A stretch of 51,831 nucleotides of DNA from Planctomycetaceae bacterium (GTDB lineage: Bacteria > Planctomycetota > Planctomycetia > Planctomycetales > Planctomycetaceae): contig JBBDNT010000301.1 of the NCBI GenBank assembly GCA_040877445.1, forward strand, positions 4,622 to 56,452, read 5' to 3'. Position 1 is the first letter of the stretch. Each line of letters begins with the position of its first letter. Under the pieces are notes generated by a model. The model did not search any database and had not been told where the DNA came from. It saw only the letters and a program-made list of their open reading frames with translations. The position numbers and the translations under genes were made by a program. Below are positions 36,776 to 45,796 of this stretch, in pieces.

Positions 36776-37369
36776 TCAATCGCAGTCGCGGCACACCGTC
36801 CGGTCGGGCCGGGGTTCGTAGTCCGTCAGGTTTCCGCGGCGGTCGAACTCGAACGTGCAACAGCGATCGAGAGCTTCCTTGAGCAGCCTCCGGCCGCGTT
36901 GGATGCGGGATTTGGCTCCGGACAGCGAGAGTCCCAGCCTGTCCGCGACTTCCCGCCCCGGCACTCCCTCGATCTCCGCCAACCGGACCGCCTCGCGGTA
37001 CTTTTCGGGCAACTCGCGGATCAATCCCTCGAGCCACGATCCCGCCTCGTTCCGCAGATGTCCCACGCGATCCATCTCGGCGGCGGCCGGTTCCGTATCG
37101 GACAGTTCGACGGCGGATTCCGAGGTCTTGCGGTAGTGATCGACGATGACGTTGCGGGCGATGCGATGGACCCACGCCGCCAGGCGATCCGCATCGGCGA
37201 GCGCGTCGATCCCGCGGTGAATCCGCAGAAACGTCTCCTGCAGCAGATCCTCGGCGGCGTGGTCGTCGGCGACGCGGCGGCGGATGAACCGCCGCAGGTC
37301 GCCGCTCAATCGCAGCCACGCCGCATCAGTGGCCGGTCGTGCCGTCATGCGACGGCCTCCCGGCAGCAC
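36776..37369 (-). CDS. ECF sigma factor with C-terminal cysteine-rich extension (CorE-like candidate metal-sensing sigma)
   Basis: Sigma-2: EDLLQETFLRIHRGI...AWVHRIARNVIVDHYR. Sigma-4: LPEKYREAVRLAEIEGVPGREVADRLGLSLSGAKSRIQRGRRLL. An extra 28-aa tail, CCTFEFDRRGNLTDYEPRPDRTVCRDCD, carries a CC pair and a CxxC. Confidence 0.7.
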   Translation of the reverse strand: MLPGGRRMTARPATDAAWLRLSGDLRRFIRRRVADDHAAEDLLQETFLRIHRGIDALADADRLAAWVHRIARNVIVDHYRKTSESAVELSDTEPAAAEMDRVGHLRNEAGSWLEGLIRELPEKYREAVRLAEIEGVPGREVADRLGLSLSGAKSRIQRGRRLLKEALDRCCTFEFDRRGNLTDYEPRPDRTVCRDCD

Positions 37370-37803
37370 TCGCTCTGCGACGAACGATGATTCACCCCGT
37401 CGTCGTCGAGGACGACGTACGTCTCCCAGCGGTTTCCGTCCGGATCGGCCGCCCAGACCTTGTTCTGCACGGCATAGCAGCAGGCGACCCGCTCCTCGGT
37501 CCGGGTGGCGTATCCGGCGGCGGCGAGTCGGTCGGCGACCGTCCGAACCGCGTCGCTCGACTTGACCTGAATCCCGAAGTGAGCGATCGGGTCGGACGGA
37601 CCCGTTGCTCCGCCGGCCTCGTTCAGCGACAGGTTCACCGGCGGCTCGGCGACCTCGAACTTCGCGTAACCCGGACGGGTTTTCGACGGCCCCTGCCCGA
37701 ACAGCATCCGATAGAAGGCGACCGAGCGCTCCAAGTCGTTCACGGCCAGCCCCATGTGAATGCGGCTGTTCGTCTCGAATCGCACCGCGGATTCATGGCT
37801 CAT
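37345..37803 (-). CDS. VOC (glyoxalase/bleomycin-resistance/dioxygenase) family protein, ArsI/CadI-like with vicinal cysteines
   Basis: The N-terminal half has a glyoxalase-fold beta-alpha-beta pattern (HMGLAVNDLERSVAFYRMLFG ... HFGIQV). Vicinal Cys pairs VACCYAV and SECC lie near the C-terminus, as in ArsI/CadI-type metalloenzymes. Its stop overlaps the CorE-like sigma start by 25 nt. Confidence 0.6.
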   Translation of the reverse strand: MSHESAVRFETNSRIHMGLAVNDLERSVAFYRMLFGQGPSKTRPGYAKFEVAEPPVNLSLNEAGGATGPSDPIAHFGIQVKSSDAVRTVADRLAAAGYATRTEERVACCYAVQNKVWAADPDGNRWETYVVLDDDGVNHRSSQSECCREAVA

Positions 37804-38169
37804 GGTTCAGCTCCAAGTTCATCGTGGTTCACGATCGTGGTTCATGTCCGGCGGCTGCCGGCCCTTCCAATCATACAGACGAACGCGGGGCAAAAAGGAC
37901 GCGGAAAATCCCCGGCGCCGCGCGGTGTCGCGACGCCGGCGAATTGCCGTTGACGGGGTTCGCGAAACCGCCTATGGTTCGCCCCGCTTCGGCCGGGGCG
38001 ATCGCCTCCGGTCGAAGCAGCGGCCTGTCGGCCACTCTCTCTCGATGTTCTCCGCCGATCGCCGAACGACCCGCACACGTTGGTTCATTCATCGAAGCGC
38101 CGTCCCATTCCGAGCGGCACTTCGGCTGCACGTCTCCCCCGCAATTCGTGGTCGCGAAAGGACTCGACG

Positions 38170-38505
38170 ATGAGGAATCTCATTCTCCGAACGCTGTGCC
38201 TGGCCCTCATTTTCACGGCGTGTGGATGCTGTTGCCACGGCAGCCACCGGATGTGGCCGTTCTGCGGAACGAAGCGCTGCTTCGGCGGCGGATCGTACCC
38301 GGGTTACATCGGCCCCTCGACCGCCCCCTGCAATCCCTGCCCGACCGGCGCCTGCCCGCCGAGCGGCGGCGGCGCCGTGCCCTACTATCCCTCCGGCTCG
38401 TACCAATCGTACGACACGATTTCGCCGGTCTCCGGACCGGTTGCGTCGCCGACGTACTATCCAGCCTCGGCCATGGCGCCGATCGAATCGCTCCCGACGT
38501 ATTGA
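38170..38505 (+). CDS. small secreted/lipoprotein-like Cys-, Pro- and Gly-rich protein with a CGCCCH cluster
   Basis: An ATG at 38170 gives MRNLILRTLCLALIFTACGCCCHGSHRMWPFCGTKRCFGGG.... The signal peptide ends in a lipobox-like FTAC. The mature part holds 10 cysteines in about 50 residues, followed by a PYYPSGSYQSY-type low-complexity tail. GC3 is high and coding-like. Confidence 0.5.
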   Translation: MRNLILRTLCLALIFTACGCCCHGSHRMWPFCGTKRCFGGGSYPGYIGPSTAPCNPCPTGACPPSGGGAVPYYPSGSYQSYDTISPVSGPVASPTYYPASAMAPIESLPTY

Positions 38506-38581
38506 TCCCGATCCGCGGCACCGATACCGCAACTCGGCCACGAGTTCGGACAGGGGCGTCCTCCGCGACCAATCAGAATCG

Positions 38582-38609
38582 CCCCCGGCGCGATCCCGCG
38601 CGCCGGGGG
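38582..38609. terminator. perfect GC palindrome between convergent genes (bidirectional intrinsic-terminator candidate)
   Basis: The palindrome is cccccggcgcg-atcc-cgcgccggggg. It lies 77 nt after the Cys-rich gene stop and 12 nt after the SPFH gene stop. Confidence 0.55.
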
Positions 38610-38620
38610 CGTGTTCGTCG

Positions 38621-39727
38621 TCACAGCAGGTTGACGATCCGCTCGGCGAGTCCTTTTTCGCCGAGAACGACGTTGAGGTGTCCCGCCGAGGCGACCTTCT
38701 CGAGAACCTCCAGTTCCCGCAGCCGCATCAGCGTCGGGTTGTCGGCCAGCAACTTGGCCGTGTTGGCCTGGCTGCGCATCGCCGCCGTCTCCTCGCGGCG
38801 GGAGATGAGGTTGGCCTCGGCGGCCTTCTTCGCCTCCGTGACCTTGTTCATCAGGTCCTTCATGTCGCCCGGGAGGATGACGTCGCGGATGCCGGCCGAA
38901 ACGACCTGCAATCCCAGTTCACCCGCCCGCGCGCGAACCATCTCCTCCACCTCCCGCGCGATCGCGTCCTTGTCCGCGAGGAAGGCGTCGAGTTCCCGCG
39001 CACCGATCACGGCCCGCAGCGCCAGCTGCGCTTCGCGGTACAGCGCCTGGCGGACGTCCTCCGCCGCGCTCACCGCCTTCCGCGCATCGACGATGCGGTA
39101 GGTGACCACGGCGTTCATGCGGAGCGTGACCTTGTCCGCCGTCATGATCTCCTGACCGGCGACGTCGGACATGCTTTCCCGCAGGTCCACCTCGACCACC
39201 TTCGAGTCGGCCGCGTCCTTCCAGAACGCGTACCGGCCCGAAGGCAGCGTCTCGACGTACGCGCCGTCCACGAACAGCACGCCCAAGCGGTCGCGCTCGA
39301 CCGTGCAGACGTCGAGCACCCGGCTCACCAGCGGCGAACAGGCGATCGTCTTCAGCTCGTCGTGGACGAACCGCACCCGCCGCGCGTCGACGATCTCGAC
39401 CCGCACGTCGCGGAATCCGATCCAGTAGGCGTACAGTCCCTTCGGCAGGACGTGGCTGAAGCGGCCGTCGATCCAGACGAGCGCCCGCTCGTGGTCCTTC
39501 AGGTCGAGGACGACGGCGCGCTCGGCGAGCGCCCCCGACTTGACGATCACGTCGAGCTTCTCGTGGACGAGCCACGGATCGCGCTGCGAGACGACCTGCA
39601 CGCGGACCTTCCGCAGCGGGTCGAAGAAGACGTAACGACCCGCGCCGAGCAGACCCCGGAACTCCTCGTCCCGGAAGTACAGGCCGATCTCGTAGCTGCG
39701 GATCTTGACGCGGCGGAAGGGGAACAT
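38621..39727 (-). CDS. SPFH/band-7 domain protein (stomatin/flotillin-like)
   Basis: The N-terminal beta-rich region is followed by the band-7 core (TADKVTLRMNAVVTYRIVD...) and a long Ala/Glu/Arg coiled-coil tail (EAKKAAEANLISRREETAAMRSQANTAKLLADNP) typical of SPFH proteins. Confidence 0.8.
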   Translation of the reverse strand: MFPFRRVKIRSYEIGLYFRDEEFRGLLGAGRYVFFDPLRKVRVQVVSQRDPWLVHEKLDVIVKSGALAERAVVLDLKDHERALVWIDGRFSHVLPKGLYAYWIGFRDVRVEIVDARRVRFVHDELKTIACSPLVSRVLDVCTVERDRLGVLFVDGAYVETLPSGRYAFWKDAADSKVVEVDLRESMSDVAGQEIMTADKVTLRMNAVVTYRIVDARKAVSAAEDVRQALYREAQLALRAVIGARELDAFLADKDAIAREVEEMVRARAGELGLQVVSAGIRDVILPGDMKDLMNKVTEAKKAAEANLISRREETAAMRSQANTAKLLADNPTLMRLRELEVLEKVASAGHLNVVLGEKGLAERIVNLL

Positions 39728-40271
39728 TGGGGATAGTAGTCAGTGGATAGTGGATAGTGGGTAGTAGTCGGCGAGCCTCCCGCGTGAGCGGGGGGGTGAA
39801 GTCAGCGATCAGAGGTCAGAGATGAGTACTGAGCACTCTGTACTCAGTACTTGGTATTCGCGACGGTTGCGGGGTGAAACGAAAACGCCTTTGGGAGGCG
39901 GGCTGCGTCGTGCGGTCACACGTCGGCACGCGGAGTATCGCTTGAGCGCTCGCGGCCGCCGGCGTCCGAATGCTTCGCTCGACCGGATCCCGCGCGGCCG
40001 AAGCCGCGCGTTTCGCCGGTCGCGTTCCGCAAACTTCTTCCGACGGCGGACCAACGCGGAATCCACACACTGCAAGGCGTCCGTGCGTGCTGCCGTCCTC
40101 CGCGACACGCGCCGCCGCGGTTCGGTTCACCGAACTGGCCGAAGCCGGTTCGGGTTCCCGCCTCGCGGCGTGCGATTACGAATCGACGGCGGACCGTGCG
40201 ACCGCCCGCCTCCCTCGGGCAAAGTGGAGGACGCTTTCGCGCCCGCGTGGTCAGGTCGATTTCAAGTCGAC

Positions 40272-40344
40272 CGGGTGGTACGGGAGTCGAACCCGTGACA
40301 GCCAGATTATCAGTCTGGTGCTCTACCCACTGAGCTAACCACAG
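40272..40344 (-). tRNA. tRNA-Ile (anticodon GAT), with an imperfect acceptor stem
   Basis: The reverse complement reads CTGTGGT-TA-GCTC-AGTGGGTA-GAGC-A-CCAGA-CTGATAA-TCTGG-CTGTC-ACGGG-TTCGACT-CCCGT-ACCACCC-G. The D-arm, anticodon arm (loop CTGATAA, anticodon GAT) and T-arm (TTCGA) are canonical. Positions 1-2 (C,T) do not pair with 71-72 (C,C). CCA is not encoded. Confidence 0.6.
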
Positions 40345-40820
40345 CCGATGCCATCCGGTTCCGAACCCAGTGAGGAACACGCGCCGCCAAATCGCCTGAT
40401 GACGAGGCGCCGCGCGCCGCTGGCCGAACGACACCGTCCGTTTGCCTGAATTTCCTCCTTTGACAGCCGTGGAACGGACGCACCGTCGGGCGAAATGGTT
40501 CGCGTCATCCCGACCATTCTCGACAATCATCCCGCAACTCCGCTCCGCGAGCGCCCCGTCATTCGACGTCCGGCGCATCCGGCGGGGTGCGGCAATCTTC
40601 ACTGGCGTGTGGCAAAAAGTCGGGTGGCGGGGGCGCTTCGCGCAGCGAAAGCCCCCGTCGCGCGCCACGGGGGCTTCCGCGTTGCGGAGCGCCCCCGCCA
40701 CCCATCGCCACAGAGATTGGCGTCGCCAGGAACTCTTGCCGCCCCATCCGGCGACCATCTTCGGTTCCGCCTTGATCCGGCGTTCCATGTCGTTTACGAT
40801 CGATGGTCGAGGCGAACGTC

Positions 40821-41219
40821 ATGACGGCCACTCTTCAACGAGCCTTTCTCTGCGTCGTCGTTCTGGTCTGTCCGCTGTGGTGCGGCGCCGGAGCGGCTGC
40901 CGGGCCGGATCCGCCGGCCAGCGGTCGCTGCTGTTGTTGTCACCACCCCGCGGCGCCGACCGGCCCGTCGCAACTTCCGCCGACGAACGATCACGACGAC
41001 TCCGCCTGCCAATGCTTCTGCGGCGGGGCCGTGGTCGACAAGGAAGCCGGTCCGCGGCTTCCCCTCGACGATGCCGGTCCGTTCGACGGTTCGATCGTCG
41101 CGGCGATCCTCGCGGATCGCAGCGGCACGCGGCTCGTTCTTCCCGAGCCCGCGACTTCCCGCGAGTGCGCACAACCGGGGCGCGCCGTCTGTCTGCGCGC
41201 GATGCGCTTTCTCTGCTAG
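40821..41219 (+). CDS. small secreted Cys-rich protein with a CCCCHH cluster
   Basis: An ATG at 40821 gives MTATLQRAFLCVVVLVCPLWCGAGAAAG, a signal peptide. The mature region carries GRCCCCHHP, then Pro-rich sequence and a second cluster CQCFCGG. It lies in a different frame from the long Arg-rich ORF 40442.., which I take to be an artefact upstream of 41369. Confidence 0.45.
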   Translation: MTATLQRAFLCVVVLVCPLWCGAGAAAGPDPPASGRCCCCHHPAAPTGPSQLPPTNDHDDSACQCFCGGAVVDKEAGPRLPLDDAGPFDGSIVAAILADRSGTRLVLPEPATSRECAQPGRAVCLRAMRFLC

Positions 41220-41368
41220 CGCGCCTTCCGCCCGCTTTCGACCCCGTGTGCGGACGCGCCGCGCGTTCTTCTCGAATGCGGCTCCGGCGTGATCCGCGGT
41301 CGATTTCTTCGTCGTTCGTTCGTGCCGCATCGGCGGCTCGCGCGAGCCGAATCGCGGAAGGCCTTCCG

Positions 41369-42532
41369 GTGTTTCGACTGCTCCCGTGGGAGTACGGCGT
41401 TCGCAACCTGATGCGCCGGCCCGTCCGCACGCTGCTGACGTTCGCCGGGCTGACGACGGTGATCGTGCTGATTCTCGTCGTCGCGGGATTCATCCGCGGG
41501 CTGGAGCGGTCGCTGGCGGTCAGCGGCGACCCGGCCACGGCGATCGTGTTCGGTCTCGGCATGGGCGAAAACCTCGAATACTCGTCGATCCCCATGCGGA
41601 CCAGCGATCTCGTCGCGGCCAGCGTCGGCGGCATTTCCGAACGGCACGGGCGGAAGTACGTCTCGCCGGAACTGTATCTCGGAACGGAAGTCGGCATTCA
41701 GGGACGGGACAAGCCGGGCTTTGGACTGGTGCGCGGACTGACGCCGGCCGTGTTGCTTGTCCGGCAGCAAGTCGAGATCGAAGCAGGCGCGTGGCCCAAG
41801 AGCGGCGAAGTGCTCGTCGGTCGAATGGCGGCCGTCAAACTCGGACTGGCGCGCGATGCGTTGCGAATCGGCGACGTGCTCGAGTTCGAAAACCGGCGGT
41901 GGCGGATCAGCGGGCTGTTCTCGGCCGGCGGGGCGACGTTCGAATCCGAAATCTGGTGCCGGCTGGATGAACTCCAGCAGGCGATGAAGCGGCAGGATCT
42001 GAGTCTGGTGGCGCTCACGCTCGCTCCGGGGGGGGACTTCGCCGATCTCGATCTGTTCTGCAAGGAACGGCTCGACCTGGAGTTGCAGGCGATGCGCGAG
42101 ACCGCCTACTACGACACGCTCCAGAAGGATTACCGTCCCGTGCGGATGCTCGCCTGGCTGGTGGTGCTGCTGGTCGCGGGGGCCGGAACGTTCGCCGGTC
42201 TCAACACGATGTACGGCGCGGTCGTGGGCCGCGTCCGCGAGTTGGCGACGTTGCAAACGCTCGGCTTCGTCCGCCGGGCGATCGTCGTCAGTCTGTTCCA
42301 GGAAGGACTGCTGCTCGCGGCGGCGGCGAGCCTGTTCGCCACGCTGCTGGCGGTGACGATTCTCGACGGGGCCGCCGTGCGGTTCACGATGAGCGCCTTC
42401 GCGCTCCGCGTGGATGAGGTCGCCGTGCTCATCGGCTGCGGAGCCGGTATGGCGATCGGCCTGTTGGGGGCGATTCCCCCGGCGATCCGCGCGATGCGGC
42501 AACCCATCGTCGAAGGATTGAAGGCGATTTGA
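41369..42532 (+). CDS. ABC transporter permease, FtsX/MacB-like family
   Basis: A GTG at 41369 gives VFRLLPWEYGVRNLMRRPVRTLLTFAGLTTVIVLILVVAG, the FtsX N-terminal signature (LRNL.RRP.RTLLT + TM1). A large periplasmic domain and three C-terminal TM helices follow. The upstream 309 codons of the ORF are Arg-rich non-coding-like sequence. Confidence 0.75.
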   Translation: MFRLLPWEYGVRNLMRRPVRTLLTFAGLTTVIVLILVVAGFIRGLERSLAVSGDPATAIVFGLGMGENLEYSSIPMRTSDLVAASVGGISERHGRKYVSPELYLGTEVGIQGRDKPGFGLVRGLTPAVLLVRQQVEIEAGAWPKSGEVLVGRMAAVKLGLARDALRIGDVLEFENRRWRISGLFSAGGATFESEIWCRLDELQQAMKRQDLSLVALTLAPGGDFADLDLFCKERLDLELQAMRETAYYDTLQKDYRPVRMLAWLVVLLVAGAGTFAGLNTMYGAVVGRVRELATLQTLGFVRRAIVVSLFQEGLLLAAAASLFATLLAVTILDGAAVRFTMSAFALRVDEVAVLIGCGAGMAIGLLGAIPPAIRAMRQPIVEGLKAI

Positions 42533-42597
42533 ATTCCAAGATTCTCCGTCGGAAGGAGGCCGACGCAATTAAGGGTTCCACAGAACTGAATTTGGAT

Positions 42598-42698
42598 GCT
42601 GGAGGCGTGTAAGACGGATTGGCAATCCTTCCAATGGTGATCGAGTCGGCAGAACGATCGACCTCCGGCGACGTTGATGCCCCACCGGCGGATTGCCA
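42598..42698. repeat. two copies of a palindromic GTAAGACGGATTGGCAATCCGTCTTAC-type element
   Basis: The sequence at 42598-42617 is gtaagacggattggcaatcc. The sequence at 42678-42698, cggattgccaatccgtcctac, is its approximate reverse complement. More copies lie at 45997-46016 and 51782-51796. Confidence 0.5.
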
Positions 42699-42761
42699 AT
42701 CCGTCCTACGGGCTACCCACGATTTCGAAACCGAATCTTCTACTCTCGAAAGGTACTCCCC

Positions 42762-43313
42762 ATGCAATGCTCGAAGAAGCTCATGCAGGTGAAATGGTTG
42801 GCCGCGCTCGCGATCGTCGCGGTGTTCGCCGGATGCAACCGCGGAACGACGGAGACTGCACCCGATCGAACTGACGCGAGCGAATCGAACGCCGACCGTG
42901 CCGAATTCGTGCTCGCCGACGAGCCGGACGGTGCGAACGACGTGATCGCCGCCCGCGAATCTTCATCGGACGGCGACGATGTGGTCGTCGTCGGTCGGAT
43001 CGGCGGCAGCGAAAACCCGTGGGTCGAGGGACGCGCGGCGTTCTCGATCGTCGATCGCTCGCTCCAGGCGTGCAGCGACATCCCCGGCGACGCCTGTTCG
43101 ATGCCGTGGGACTATTGTTGCGAGACCGACAAACTGCCGAAGGCGACCGCGCTCGTGAAGTTCGTCGATGCCGACGGCCAGCTCGTGAAGTCCGACGCCC
43201 GCGAACTGCTGGGGCTGAAGGAATTGCAAACGGTCGTCGTCCGCGGCAAGTCGCACCGCGACGAGAGCGGCAACCTGACCGTGCTCGCGAACGGCGTCTT
43301 CGTCCGCGAATGA
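42762..43313 (+). CDS. hypothetical lipoprotein
   Basis: An ATG at 42762 gives MQCSKKLMQVKWLAALAIVAVFAGC with the lipobox FAGC. The mature region is acidic and includes CSDIPGDACSMPWDYCCE. It sits between the permease and the HlyD adaptor in one orientation. Confidence 0.55.
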   Translation: MQCSKKLMQVKWLAALAIVAVFAGCNRGTTETAPDRTDASESNADRAEFVLADEPDGANDVIAARESSSDGDDVVVVGRIGGSENPWVEGRAAFSIVDRSLQACSDIPGDACSMPWDYCCETDKLPKATALVKFVDADGQLVKSDARELLGLKELQTVVVRGKSHRDESGNLTVLANGVFVRE

Positions 43314-43335
43314 GAGAGAGTGTGTCTTCGAATCC

Positions 43336-43405
43336 GTAGCGGAAGTCGCAAGACTTCCGACGCTCGCTCGGACGCTCTCGGAATTCTTGCGAATTCCGCT
43401 ACGTC
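43336..43405. repeat. composite REP-like element: two inverted 24-bp hairpin motifs (CGGAATTCTTGCGAATTCCGCTAC family), also resembling an ECF-type -35/-10 promoter
   Basis: The sequence at 43336-43359 is gtagcggaagtcgcaagacttccg. The sequence at 43379-43402 is cggaattcttgcgaattccgctac, followed by gtc. Each motif is an 8-bp stem with a ttgc loop. The two substitutions in the first copy are compensatory (cggaagtc/gacttccg). On the plus strand this reads GGAAT-N17-CGTC, 55 nt upstream of the HlyD start. Confidence 0.6.
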
Positions 43406-43460
43406 GATGGCGGCGTCAACGCATCACCACGGCTTTCGAAGACAGACTCGGAGGTGCTCC

Positions 43461-45068
43461 ATGCGTGCCGATGTCGATCTGTCGCAATTGGCGCTCGATC
43501 GCGGTCCGGGGCCGGCCATCCGGTCCCGGAGCCGCATCGGGTCGCGGTATGTCCTGCCGGGAGCGTTGTTGCTGGGCGTGTGCGGACTCGCGGTGTGGGG
43601 CACATGGAATCTGCTGTTCCCGCCGCGGGCGGTGACGGTCGTTCCCGTACACGTCAGCCGCAGCGCGATCCAGCGGGAAGGGACGCCGCTGTTTCAGGCC
43701 GCCGGCTGGGTCGAGCCGCGTCCCACGCCGATCCGCGTCGCCGCGCTCGCGCCCGGAGTGATCGAGGAACTGCTCGTCGTGGAAGATCAGGTGGTCGAGG
43801 CGGGGGAGCCGGTCGCCCGTCTTGTCCGGGAAGACGCCGAACTCTCTTACCGCCGGGCGCAGGCCGATCTCGCCCTTCGCCAGGCGGAAGTCGCCGAGAC
43901 CCGCGCGCTGTTGCAGGCGGCGGCGACGCGCCTCGATCAGCCGGTGCATCTGGAAGCCGTCGTCGGCGACGCGGAGGCCTCGCTGGCGAAGGTCGAGACC
44001 GCCCTGGAGACGATCCCGTCCGAAATCGACTCGGCCGTTGCGAAAGTCGAGTACGCCCAGGCCGACTACGATCGGCGCATCGCCGCCCGCGACGCGGTGA
44101 CGACTCTCATGCGCGAGGAAGGCCGAAGCGCGCTCGCGATTGCGCGAGCGAATCTGGAAGGACTGAAGCGTCGTCGAGTCGCGCTCGACAACGAGCGGAA
44201 GGCGCTCGCGGCGCGGCGCGACGCGCTCCGCACGCAGCTCGAATTGCTCGCCGACGAAATCGAAGCCCGCGACACCGCTTACGCGCGGCTGAAATCCGCC
44301 GAGGCCCGCGTCGAACAGGCCGAGGTGGCGCTGGCGGAGGCGAAGCTGCGGCTCGACCGCATGACCGTCCGCGCCCCGGTCGCCGGACGCGTGTTGAACC
44401 TCACCTCCGATCCCGGCACGCGGTTGACCGAGGGAATGGGAGACGCCGGCACCGAAGACATGAGCACCGTCGTCACCATGTACCGGCCGGAAAGCCAGCA
44501 GGTCCGCGTCGACGTGCGTTTCGCGGACATTCCTCATGTCGCGCTCGGCCAGCCGGTGCGGATCGAGAACCCGGCGGTGAAGGAACCGCTCAGCGGGCGG
44601 GTGTTGTTCATCAGCTCGCGGGCCGACATTCAAAAGAACACGCTGGAAGTGAAGGTCTCGATCGACTCGCCGCCTTCGGTGTTCAAGCCGGAGATGCTCG
44701 TCGACGTGACGTTCCTCGCGCCGGAGATCCTCGACGATGAATCCGAACCGTCGGAAGAGCTGCGGATCTACGTCCCGCAACGGTTGATCACGCGCGACGG
44801 CGACGCCGCTTTCGTATGGGTGGCCGATCAGTCGGAAGGCCGCGCCCGTCGCGTTTCCGTCGAACTCGGTGCGGCGAGCGGCGACGGGCTGGTCGAAGTC
44901 GCGTCCGGGCTGACGATCGCGAGTCGCCTGATCGCGGGGGGGCACGATGGACTCCGCGACGGCGACCGAATCCGCGTGACTGGCGAAGAGACCCTCTCGG
45001 AAGCCACGGCCCCGGCCGCCGAGCGCTCCCGCAACCCCAGCCGCTTTCCCACGGGAGACGCATCGTGA
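43461..45068 (+). CDS. HlyD-family periplasmic adaptor (membrane fusion protein)
   Basis: An ATG at 43461 is preceded by a GGAGG RBS. The product has an N-terminal TM anchor [16 protein letters not shown], a long Ala/Glu/Arg/Leu coiled-coil ([26 protein letters not shown] ... [31 protein letters not shown]) and a beta-barrel C-terminus. Its stop overlaps the next gene's GTG (GTGA). Confidence 0.8.
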   Translation: MRADVDLSQLALDRGPGPAIRSRSRIGSRYVLPGALLLGVCGLAVWGTWNLLFPPRAVTVVPVHVSRSAIQREGTPLFQAAGWVEPRPTPIRVAALAPGVIEELLVVEDQVVEAGEPVARLVREDAELSYRRAQADLALRQAEVAETRALLQAAATRLDQPVHLEAVVGDAEASLAKVETALETIPSEIDSAVAKVEYAQADYDRRIAARDAVTTLMREEGRSALAIARANLEGLKRRRVALDNERKALAARRDALRTQLELLADEIEARDTAYARLKSAEARVEQAEVALAEAKLRLDRMTVRAPVAGRVLNLTSDPGTRLTEGMGDAGTEDMSTVVTMYRPESQQVRVDVRFADIPHVALGQPVRIENPAVKEPLSGRVLFISSRADIQKNTLEVKVSIDSPPSVFKPEMLVDVTFLAPEILDDESEPSEELRIYVPQRLITRDGDAAFVWVADQSEGRARRVSVELGAASGDGLVEVASGLTIASRLIAGGHDGLRDGDRIRVTGEETLSEATAPAAERSRNPSRFPTGDAS

Positions 45069-45796
45069 CCGCACTCGTCCAGGTTCGCCACGTCGCCAAG
45101 CGCTATCACAAAGGGGGCGAAACGATCACGCCGCTCGACGGCGTCTCGCTCGACGTCGCGCAAGGGGAGTTTCTTTCGCTGATGGGGGCCAGCGGGACCG
45201 GGAAATCGACGCTGTTGAACCTCATCGCGGGCATCGACCGCCCGGACGAAGGAAGCATCGCCGTCGCCGGAACCGAAATCACCCGCCTCTCGCGCACGCG
45301 GCTGGCGCATTGGCGGGCGGCGAACGTCGGCTACATCTTTCAGACGCACAACCTCGTGCCGGTGCTCACCGCCTACGAGAACATCGAGCTGCCGTTGCTC
45401 TTGCTTTCGATGTCGCGAGCCGAGCGCCGCAAGCGCGTCGCCGTCGCGTTGGAAGCGGTCGGGCTGACCGACCGGGCGGACCATTATCCCCGGCAGCTTT
45501 CCGGCGGACAGGAGCAGCGGGTCGGCATCGGCCGGGCGATCGTGGCGCATCCCACGCTGGTCGTCGCCGACGAGCCGACCGGCGACCTCGACCCCGAAAC
45601 CTCGGAGCAGATTCTACACCTGCTGCGGCGGCTCAACGACGAACTCGGCATCACGCTGCTGATGGTCACGCACGATCGGGAGGCGGCGGGAATCGCCGAC
45701 CGGCAATTCCATCTCGATCAGGGCCGGCTGGTGGAATCGGGAATGGGAGATCGAAAATCAGAGATCAGAGATCCGGCGTTGTCATCGAACCGGTAG
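45065..45796 (+). CDS. ABC transporter ATP-binding protein (MacB/LolD-type)
   Basis: Walker A is [12 protein letters not shown]. The ABC signature is [14 protein letters not shown]. Walker B is [12 protein letters not shown], and the H-loop is VTHD. Confidence 0.85.
   Translation: MTALVQVRHVAKRYHKGGETITPLDGVSLDVAQGEFLSLMGASGTGKSTLLNLIAGIDRPDEGSIAVAGTEITRLSRTRLAHWRAANVGYIFQTHNLVPVLTAYENIELPLLLLSMSRAERRKRVAVALEAVGLTDRADHYPRQLSGGQEQRVGIGRAIVAHPTLVVADEPTGDLDPETSEQILHLLRRLNDELGITLLMVTHDREAAGIADRQFHLDQGRLVESGMGDRKSEIRDPALSSNR

Noticed and set aside
40442-41368. N-terminal 309 codons of the 696-aa ORF preceding the FtsX permease
   Set aside because: The segment is Arg-rich low-complexity (RRRSGCRAGSAGQRS...). 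The FtsX N-terminal signature begins only at the GTG at 41369. The region overlaps the separately framed Cys-rich gene at 40821-41219.
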